From the human T2T-CHM13v2.0 reference genome, Homo sapiens, in NCBI RefSeq assembly GCF_009914755.1, contig NC_060934.1: a stretch of DNA of 64,000 bases; one strand, 5' to 3'. Each line of letters opens with the position of its first letter. Positions within the stretch are counted from its first letter, which is position 1. Under the pieces are notes generated by a model. That model saw nothing but the letters and a program-made list of their open reading frames with translations, did no database searches and was not told the DNA's origin. Positions 27,560-37,381 of the stretch are shown piece by piece. Both the position numbers and the translations under genes were made by a program.

Positions 27560-27761
27560 GTCACCCCTATCAGAACCGGACGCCCCCCAAGAAGAAGAAG
27601 CCGCGCACGTCCTTCACACGCCTGCAGATCTGCGAGCTGGAGAAGCGCTTCCACCGCCAGAAGTACCTGGCCTCGGCCGAGCGCGCCGCCCTGGCCAAGG
27701 CGCTCAAAATGACCGATGCGCAGGTCAAAACCTGGTTCCAGAACCGGCGGACAAAGTGGAG
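27560..27761 (+). CDS. TLX1: TLX1 coding exon 2 (most of the homeobox)
   Basis: Acceptor tatag|GT continues the frame as [67 protein letters not shown]. Thr at homeodomain position 47 is characteristic of TLX. Donor GAG|GTGAGC; 202 nt. This acceptor gives the 330-aa length I recall for TLX1. An alternative acceptor exists at 27524 (see findings). Confidence 0.95.
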
Positions 27762-28541
27762 GTGAGCAAGCGGGGCGGGCCGGCCGCCCGCGAGCGGCGC
27801 GGTCTCAGGCAGCTCTCGGTTCATTGGCCTCTCGTGGGGCGCACATACTTTTTCCGCTCGCGGTTTCTGATCCTTTCGGAGGAGCGAGCTCCCGCTAGGC
27901 TTGCGGGGAGCTGGAAGCAACCGAGGCCGATAGCTGGGATGGGGCTGAAGAGCCCTGGCTCTGTTTTACCGGAGGCTTCAGGGCTTTCTGGTTGGCACAC
28001 TCTCTGCCGGTGTAGACGCGGCAGGTCTATTCCGCCGCTTGGGCAAACAGGCGGGTTAGTGCACTCCACGCAGTCCAGGCTCCAGGGATCTGTGAGTCCT
28101 GGGGAGCTTTTTGTTTGCGCAAACTCTTGCTTATGGAATCCTGCTCTGTCCTGGAGACTGGATGCAGAACAGCCCGCACCTTGTTGCAGCGCTCCAGCCG
28201 GGCTCCCGGCAGAGGGTCTGTGGCCCCAGACCGCGGCCCTGCTGACGGTCTCCTCCCCCAGACACCCGGCCTTTGCGCAGCCGGTCCCTACCCTGGAAGG
28301 AGAAAATCAATCCGCGCCGGCTGCGGCGGGGTTTCGCGGGTCCCACTGGAAGGGGAATCAATTAGGAGCAGATGGGTGTGTGTGAGAAAGAGAATTTTCC
28401 TTCTCCCATAGCCACAACTCTAGTTACTACGCAATGGGCTTTTTGTTTTGTTTTGTTTTTTCACATTTACGCTCACGGACGTGAAGCGTCCCCAACACTC
28501 TCGAGCAGCCTCCCTCTCCGCGCGCACTGACGCTTTCTCCG

Positions 28542-28586
28542 GCTGCACCCTCTGGCACGCTGCACCCTCTGGCACGCTGCACCCTC
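28542..28586. repeat. 17-bp tandem repeat, about 2.6 copies (gctgcaccctctggcac)
   Basis: Units at 28542-28558 and 28559-28575, partial unit at 28576-28586. Confidence 0.9.
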
Positions 28587-29699
28587 CCGCACATCTGGCC
28601 CTTGCCCGCCGGAGTTTCTCCCCTAGCTCAGGCCCCATGGGGTAGCGCGGGAGAGTCTGGGCGAAGTCGGCGGCGCCGAGACGGGCGGGCCTTGGGGCAG
28701 GAGGAAGGAATTGGAGTTTCCTCTTTTTCTGAACGAAGGCGAGGAATCTGCCTGGGATTCCGCCTACGGGGCCACAAAGGAAGCCATGGCCCCACGATTC
28801 TACCACAACATTTCTGACGCTGGGAAAGGAGTGGGGGATGCGGCCTCAGACCTTGGAACGCTAAAGAGGGAGCCAGGGCTAGCTCGGGGGTTGGGGGGAC
28901 TCCGGTTTCCAAGGCCTACTGAGGGCTGCTGGCCTAGGGGAGGAGAGGCAGCCTGGCAGGCCTCCCAGAGAGAGGGGCACAGAGAAAGAAAGAGGCAGGC
29001 AAAGAGAGAAACTGAAACACAACCAGTTTCAGAGGTGGAGAGGGATAGGGACCCCGCTCAAGGAAAAAAAAGGAGAAAAACAGGCAGCCTGCAGAAGTCT
29101 TATTTATGTATAATAAAGAAAAAGCAATGGATGACTGAAACCACCATTTTCTTTTCAAACAAATTCCTTTAATTCAGAGAGAACCAAGTGGGTGGGGAGG
29201 AGAGAAAACGAGAGATAAGACACAAAGCCTAAAAGAGAAATATTCAGGCCGTTTGAAATGCAGGGGATAAGGGAAAGACGAAAGACGGAAAGATACACAG
29301 AGTCAAGAAAAGGCGGCCCAGAGCAGGTCAGCAGCCGCTGCTGGAAGAGGCCCTTGCAGGCTTCGCATGGCTTCATCGATCGCCTACAAATTGCTTCTGA
29401 AGGCCCCAGGGACTCCCATTAGGTCTGTCCACCTTAGAGACAGACGTTTGATCTCAGTTGACAGGGTGGAGGGGCGGCAGTAAATGGAATAAGTGAGTCA
29501 TCGCCTCCCTGAACTGCCTCAGAGGAAGCCAGTGGGTCCAGCAGGAGCCCCGGTAGGGCACAGGGCTCCACACAGAAGGCCCAAGTCCTAGAAGACATTC
29601 GCAGAGAGAGGGAGGAAAGAGACGTCCCGCAGAGCAGATCGTACCCGCTGGTCCTTGCCTCTCTGCCCTGGACTTGTGGGTAGGGTGAGGGCCCTCTGG

Positions 29700-30530
29700 C
29701 TTGGAATGGCACCTGGTCTCCCTCAGGGCCGGGGAGGGGGAGGCGAGATGCCATCCTACCCCGGCTGCCCCTTGTGAGGCCTCCGGGGTGTGGGCGCTGC
29801 GCGTGGATGCGAGTCCCAGCTGTTTGGGCCTCGCAGACTTTCCCATCGCTCCTCCTCTGGGATACCTTGGCTCCATCCGCTTTGGGGTTTCCAGTCTTTG
29901 TTGGAGTCAGGACTCTCAAAAGAAGGGAACGCGTTATAGGGGCCCAAACTGGATTTGGGGACTGCAAAGGCGAGCAGCGCTCGTTCAGTTTATCTCCTGG
30001 GAACGCACCAGGAGTTGGGCACACGCGGGAGCTGGGTCGGTGCTCCTGGCAGGTAACGGCTTGTTCCCGGTGCAGACGGCAGACTGCGGAGGAACGGGAG
30101 GCCGAGAGGCAGCAAGCGAACCGCATCCTCCTGCAGTTGCAGCAGGAGGCCTTCCAGAAGAGCCTGGCACAGCCGCTGCCCGCTGACCCTCTGTGCGTGC
30201 ACAACTCGTCGCTCTTCGCCCTGCAGAATCTGCAGCCGTGGTCTGACGACTCGACCAAAATCACTAGCGTCACGTCGGTGGCGTCGGCCTGCGAGTGAGC
30301 CTGCCCATTCTGCCCTGTGGGACCCCAGGCCCACTCAGGGGTCACTGAGGCCTGAGACCCAGGACTCCTCCCCACCCTCCTGGCCTCAGACTGCACCCAG
30401 GAGGGGAACACTGCCCTCGCACGGCCCCGAAGGGCCCCCACATTTGTGCCGACACTGTTCTCCCTTCGGTGGAAGAACTCAAGGGACAAGGACACGCGCC
30501 CCCCTCCCAGAGGCGTCCCGCACCTGTCTG
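29700..30530. promoter_or_regulatory. CpG island over exon 3
   Basis: Dense CpG. Confidence 0.75.
30076..30298 (+). CDS. TLX1: TLX1 coding exon 3
   Basis: Acceptor gtgcag|A completes the Arg codon, then [30 protein letters not shown]...[13 protein letters not shown]...SVASACE-TGA. 568+202+223 = 993 nt, an intact 330-aa ORF. Confidence 0.97.
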
Positions 30531-31175
30531 AACTGTTAAGAAATCTGTTTTTGTTTATTTCATTTTATTTTAATTTTTAACGTGGGATTCAGAGAAAGGC
30601 AAGGGAGGTAAGGGAGGAGGAGCTTCTGGGGTCCCCAGGGCTGTCATCTGAATTTGCCCTGGGAAACCCCTTCTCTGTGACCCACTTCTCATCACACACA
30701 TGGAAACCCATAGGCCCACACACAGGTGGTGTCACTGTCCCTCCTGGTGTCACCCCAGAGCCACACATGGGCATCTATGGGAGAGTGTCAACCAGACAGA
30801 GGGTCACAGTGTTTACACTTTGGACCTTACGATCAGGCACAGGTCAGGGGTGACACAGACTCATCCTGAACAGCATGGCACTCCCTCCAGCACAAACACA
30901 AGGTCATGGCCACACTGTGACACACTACACCACACACAACAGCCAACAGCTACAACAGCCTCACTTGGTCTGCCAGGCCCCCACCACACATCCCAGCCCA
31001 ATCCAGGTACGCACAGACAGGTTTTCACATAAATGCAGCCCATTTCTCCAGAACCCATTTGAGGGGTGGGGGGGTGTTAATTTATGCACTTATAAGGTGT
31101 TTTCTGTGTAACCATTTTATAAAGTGCTTGTGTAATTTATGTGAAAAAAATAAATAAAAGCCTCCGGATCCGGAG
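30299..31175 (+). other. TLX1: TLX1 3' UTR (end approximate)
   Basis: Runs from the stop codon to the first AATAAA cluster; contains a U-rich block at about 30540-30580 and AUUUA motifs near the end. Confidence 0.8.
31149..31158 (+). terminator. TLX1: Polyadenylation signal (two overlapping AATAAA)
   Basis: AATAAATAAA, preceded by UGUA/U-rich sequence and followed by GT-rich sequence. Confidence 0.85.
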
Positions 31176-31427
31176 TCAGGGCTGCCTGCTCCTTGCGGAC
31201 CCTAGCGTCCTTCAGCTACTTGGGTTTGGTGTGTGAGCTGATGCTTCAGGGGCAGCCCTTGGTACCTGAACTTGAGAGACATGTTGTGGGGCAGGACCCT
31301 AAGGCTCTGGAGAGAGGAAAGGAAGAGGACAGATGGAGAGAAGGCAGAGTTGAGGAGAGCAGGGAGAGCCAGGCTCTCCTGGGATTACCAGTGCCTGAGA
31401 GGATGTGGATTTCTTTGGATGTGAGAG

Positions 31428-31428
<1 letters not shown>

Positions 31429-31464
<36 letters not shown>
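31429..31464. repeat. (TG)18 microsatellite heading a TG-rich low-complexity tract to about 32040
   Basis: Direct reading. Confidence 0.9.
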
Positions 31465-31465
<1 letters not shown>

Positions 31466-32799
31466 TGTTTGTGATAATGTGAGCAATCAGCAATGCGAGC
31501 AAATAGTGAATATTTATAATGGTATTTAAGTGTATAATTGTGTTTGCAATTCTTGCGTGTAAATGCTTGTTTCTGCTTAAGTTGCAAATCGAAACTATCA
31601 TTGTATGCACGGGCTTGTAGTGGTGTGTGTGTAACCGTATGTGAATGTGACTGTTTCTTTTTGGGTAATTGTGTAATCAACCATTGTTTGTGATTATGTA
31701 TGAATCGTGTTGATGTTTGGGAGAATATGTATTAGTTTCTCTTTGTAAATCTATTTTTCTGTGAAATGTGTGACTGCTTCTGAAGTGGATCATCTTGAAT
31801 TTTATGGGTGTAATTGTGTGTGAGATGTAATTATGTGTGAGCTGTGCATTTTCCCTGTATTTACTTGTGTGTGACAGAATGTAATTGGGGGAGTAAAGGT
31901 AGTGGGGAGTGTGGATCACTGTGGGAGACCATCACTGCAAGTGGGTGGGTATGGTTCTGTATGAGTGTGTGTAATTGTGTGCTGATGGTGTATGTGTTGG
32001 TGGGAGTCTGTTGTGCGATACGCAGATACATTGTGGCGGGACCAACATCTGCTGAAGTTCTGGGGCTCTAGACGCTTACCCAGCAAGCTGCAGAGACTGG
32101 GGCACATTGAATCAGAAATTAAGGCCAGAATCCTCTCTGGTGCTGTAAGTGGGACCTACCAGTTCCCAGCACTAGCCTGGCCTAGGAGAGATCTAAAGAA
32201 TTGACTTTCTGGGAACCTCCAGGAGCCCTCCAGACCACCCTTGCCAGACCTGCAGCCACAGTACACATGCACACAGGCATAACAGCCAGTCCCCAGCCTA
32301 TTCGAATTATCCTAGACAAGACTGACTTGGGTCTGCTTTTCTGGAAGAAGCTGTGTGGTGGAGGGTCTACAGAACTCATCACCCTAGGGGTGAGTTGAAA
32401 TGGAGGGGTAAGAGGCTTTTTCTCTGGGATGGGAGAGTGAGAGAACTTTTCAGCTGAAAGTGGAAGTTCGTGGTGTGGGGGTCACTGGAAGCTCTGCAGA
32501 AGTGTTTGCGGGATACTGAGGGTGGGGAGCCACCCTAACTGTCAGAACCACTGTCCCCCAACCCTGCCCCTGCCCGGCAGCCATGAGGGCTGTGACACAG
32601 GTCGTGAGCACAGCAACTTCCCACCCCAGCAAGCCCATGGGGAAGTTCGGCTGAGTGGAGGGTGGGCTTGGTCATCCACCCCCTCATCTGGGGTCCCCTG
32701 GGATATCCGCATAAGAGGGGGCTTCTGTCACTCACTTTGTGTAGACATGAAGAAAAGAGAAAAAGAGGGGAGGGTTCAGGGTCCGAAGACAGCAGCCAG

Positions 32800-34250
32800 C
32801 CTTTCCGCCCCATCCCCGCAGGCCCGCGGAGTGCTCAGGTTGGGCCCTGACGAGCTGTGTGGAGCGTAGTGAGCAGGTTCTGGCGGCAGCGCCGGGTCTG
32901 CTGCAGGTCTCCCGCATTCACCGGCTGTGGCACCCAGCGCCAGGCCGCGCAAAATCCAGAAATAGCCTCCAGCACCTCAGAAGTCGTCTCCCTCTACCTG
33001 GGCAGGTCTGCTGTCCCCTCTGCTCCCGCAGGACTGGAGCCACCGAGCTCGCGCCTTCTTCTCGGGGTGCGATTTCTCTCCTCTTTTGGACTCAAGATCA
33101 ATGCTTCCCGGCCGGCGCAGATCACACAGCAGGACCCCAGGGGAGACTGTGGCCTTCTTCCCGCCTCCCAATTCCCCAAGACCGCCTCTAGAGGCTGCTG
33201 TGTCCGGAGAACTCCGAGCATTTTCTGGACACAGATTGCCTAACAGAGGAACAGGGGTTAGGTGGGGAGCGGCTGGCCGGCCCAAACACAGCAGCCCCAA
33301 GCTGGCTCCCAAGCCTGGGCTCTCCACCCCCGCTCCCATCCTCTCTTGAGCACAGTTAGGCCCAACACCCCTGTCCCCCAAAACACCTCCTACCCTCCCT
33401 CCCCCCCAGCCCCCATCTTCAGGAACATCACAGGGCTCACACTCACTAACCGCGGAGAGCACATGCAGGCCGGAGCCCTCAGCCCGGCAGCTCTCGGACC
33501 CTGCCCAGCTCGACGCGGACTCATGCAGAAGAGGACATTCCGCAGGTAGGTACAATCCCAGCGCTGGGGCCTGGGGCGTCCGGGGGGCGGCCTTTGAGCT
33601 TCCCGGATACCGCTCGCCTGCTCCCGGAGCTGTTCGGCCGCCGGCTGCCCGGGTCGTGCACTTTCAGTAGGGCCCCGCTGACTCTCCTGCCCTTGGGCTA
33701 GGCCTCCCGGGGATGCCAGACTCCTGGGGACGCTGGGACCCGCGGCGCGGCGGGACACGCAGGACTCCCGCCTCTCCGCCCGGAATTCGTTGAGACGGAA
33801 TCTCAGCGGATCCCGCGTCCGCCGAGCGCCGCGGCCAGGGAGAAAGGCCGGTGTGGCGGCTGGACCCGCAAACTCCGTCCCAAGTGGGGCGGAGGCTGGA
33901 GGGGAGGGGGGCTGCGAGGGTCACAGTCAAGGCCAACTACTCCCAACAGAAAGCTCGAAACTCTCCCTCTACCTCCCCTGCCGGAAATGACCCGTCTCTG
34001 TTCAAAAATAGAAAAAGAACGATCGGAATAATTGTTCGCAGAGGTGCCGGGAGAGAAGGGGAATTAACAAACCTGCCTGCGCAGAGAGGTCTGCTTCCTT
34101 CTTTGGCTTCAGAACCGACGGCAATCACCAAATTCCTGCGGCCAGCGAGCCCTGCCCCTCAGATCTGGCCCTCTGGTTGAGTGGGTGGCGGCCTGAGGGG
34201 CCCCAGGAACCCAGGCAGGGATGGGGTCCTAGAGGCCCTGTGCAGTGCGG
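32800..34250. promoter_or_regulatory. CpG island downstream of TLX1
   Basis: Dense CpG in unique sequence, peaking at 33450-33900. Confidence 0.85.
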
Positions 34251-35919
34251 TGGGTGGCACACAGAGAATCTGGCTCAACCTGTTAACTATAATAGCGGCT
34301 TTGTGTGGCCGCATCTGTGCTTGGGGGCTGTGTGGCACCTCCTGAGCACTGACTGCCCTGTCGTGGCTCCACTACCAGGCAGTTGTGGGGTTTGCCCTGG
34401 GCACAGGACTCAGATGGGTGCCCTGCTTGTGGGGCGAGTGACTCGCAGGTGGGCAAGGTAGGCTTCAGGTGCTTGAGACAACTAAGTAAGGACCTCTAGC
34501 CAGCTGAAGCAGCTGGGACTCAGCAGCCAGGCTGCAGGGCAACCGGGAGGCTGCGGCCTTGGGGCTGCCCTGAGGGCCCTTCAGCTCAGGTGCCAGAGGA
34601 GACCTCCTCCCTCATGCTTTACTCCTTCTGCTGCCCTCATGCCCACTTTCACACTTATGTGTCACTCCCACACAGCCCCCCAGTCCTGCTCCCTACCAGG
34701 GCCCCCAGACCCTCCAGATCAGCTCAGAGTTTGAAGTTCCACAGCCAGGCTGTTGCCAAGCAACTGGCAGGAGCTGCCACCACGTTCCCTGCGTGGCTCA
34801 AAAGGGCCCATCCAATGCCTTCTGCCCCCATTCAGCTCTGGCCTGGTTGGCCCAGGGAGGCCCCTCCCACCCCGGAACCCTCACCTGGATTTCTTATCCT
34901 GGAGAATCTGATAGGAACAGGCTGAGCAGAGGCTGGAGTCAGGTCAGGTTTTCCAAGGAGCTCAGAGCAGACTCCAAAGACTGTGCATGATAGGGGTGAG
35001 GGGTGGCAGGTTGGGGTGTGAGGAAGGGCTGGGTGAGTTCCAGGGAGTGATGGGGTACCTACATTTTGTTGAGGGGTGGGTACAATTCACATGCCCCCAC
35101 TCACAGCCTGCATTGCTGGGTACAACCTCACATACCTCCTTCAACTATGCAACAATCAGGGTGTGCAGTGTTACACGAGGGGAGCTACAGGTGTGCTGTG
35201 CCAGGCACACACAGAGCCTGCACTGCTGGTGCAAGCTCACACCCGACCAGGCCACCTCCTGTAAGTGGTTACCCCTGGACACCCCTCCTCTCCTTCCCTC
35301 CTCCCCCAGCCCCTACAGAGGAGGATCTAACTCCATTCCCAGCTGGCCTGGGGGTGGGGGTTGTCTTAGGAGCTGGCTTCAGGTTCCAGCCCTGCAGCTC
35401 GGGTGGTAAGGGAACCCCATGTGCCTAAGGCTGAGCTTGGGGATAGCAGCGGCCACCTTAGATACTGGCTGAGGACCCTAGCAAGGCCCAGAAGGTCCAG
35501 CGGCCGCCACTGCCTGCCCAAAGCCTGGGGAAATCTGGCCTCCTCGTGTGCGAGAAGATTGTGAGGGGTGCGGGGGGCCCCCTGCCACTGTGTGCCTCCT
35601 TGGGGAAAGGCTTTGGTGGGAGCTGCTCCTGCCCCTCCTGTTTTATGCCCTACGTACCCAGAACCCACATTTCTTTGGTTGCTGCGAGAAGAGCCAAAAG
35701 ACCCAAAAGCTGGAGGCCGCGGCCATGATTCAGCAGCCACCCAGAAGCGGGAGCTGGACCTGGGACTTGGTCACAGAAACCCAGAACGAGTGAGTTCTGG
35801 GCGCCCTCTAGGGGCCGCGCGTGGCAAGGCACTTCGAGCCGAGGCTCTGGGAGCTTGTATTCTCCGTGGCACCCTCGGAAATGCAGGGGTGGCTGTTACT
35901 GACTAGGTTGGAAAATACG

Positions 35920-36390
35920 AATGATAATCACACTAGCGAGCAATGTTATGGAGCATATGCTGGTGCCAGGCACTGCACTATGCTTTAAGAGTACTAATTC
36001 ATGCCTAGCAACTACCTTATGAGGTAGTGGTATTTTTATCCCTGCTTTATACATAACGAAAATTGAAGTTTAAAGAGACTAAGCAGGGGCCAGGCGCGGT
36101 GGCTCACGCCTGTAATCTCAGCAGTTTGGGAGGCCGAGGCGGGCGGATCACTTGAGGTCAGGAGTTCGTGATCAGCCTGGCCAACATGGTGAAACCCCGT
36201 TTCTACTAAAAATACAAAAATTAGCCGGACGTGGCGGCGGGCGCCTGTAATCCCAGGTACTCCAGAGGCTGAGGCAGGAGAATCGCCTGAACCAGGGAGG
36301 CGGAGGTTGAGCAGCTTGCCTGAGAGCCCGCGGCTGGTAAACAGTGAGGCCAGCATTCCAACCATGAGGTCTAACTCTAGAGCCACGGTC
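35920..36390 (-). mobile_element. MIR interrupted by an Alu
   Basis: Reverse MIR: gtgccaggcactgcac...caactaccttatgaggtag...aattgaagtttaaagagactaagcag|cttgcctgag...ctaactctagagcc. Confidence 0.75.
36088..36309 (+). mobile_element. Alu (S-type), 3'-truncated, no A tail
   Basis: Intact 5' end; the match stops at ggcggaggttg. Confidence 0.9.
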
Positions 36391-36982
36391 TTTGAGAGGG
36401 ATGGCCGAGTCCTGGAGTATCATGGAATTAGTGAGAATTGGAGATGAGACCCTACCAGACTCCTGTCAGATTTGGCTTTTTGGAGGGAGCTCTTAGTCTA
36501 GAGGGGGGCTGGGTGTTTGTCCTCTAGAGCTCTGGGAAAATCGCCTTCAGTCCCATCCAGTCTACTGGAACCTTCCTCCCCGTGAGGCGCCTGGCTTCCA
36601 GGCCCCACTCTGCCAGGCCTCTGTGGCCGCCCCCTCTTCCCCCGCACTGACTGCAAGCGCACACTCTACGTCTTCCCAGCAGGGCTTGAAGCCTTGTGGG
36701 ATTGGAAGGGGGTTCCGTGCACTTTCACCTCTTCCCCTCCCTTCTCTGGGTCAAGAAAATGGAAGGACTCAAACTGACAGAAAGTTAAAAATAGAAGCCA
36801 ATGAATCACACTTTATTAGTCAAAGGAACAGAGAACCAGAAAGGAAAATCCTTCCTCTCCTTGTCCATCTGCTCTGTGGATTGGAGGATCGGGGAGTGAG
36901 CTGAGGTGGGTAGGAGGGTGAGACTTGAAGGTCAGGGAGTTACCAGAGGTTTTCTTGGTGACCTCTTAGTAAGATTCAATCA

Positions 36983-37381
<399 letters not shown>

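Larger units (their letters stand above)
27240..28900. promoter_or_regulatory. CpG island over exon 2 and proximal intron 2
   Basis: Dense CpG. Confidence 0.85.

Noticed and set aside
29434-30495. 353-aa antisense ORF over TLX1 exon 3
   Set aside because: Non-ATG start, no recognisable domain; typical shadow ORF of a GC-rich coding exon and CpG island.
31086-31141. Possible miR-17/20-like miRNA gene in the 3' UTR
   Set aside because: The stem is only about 14 bp and similarity stops after 10 nt; kept only as a cis-structure hypothesis.
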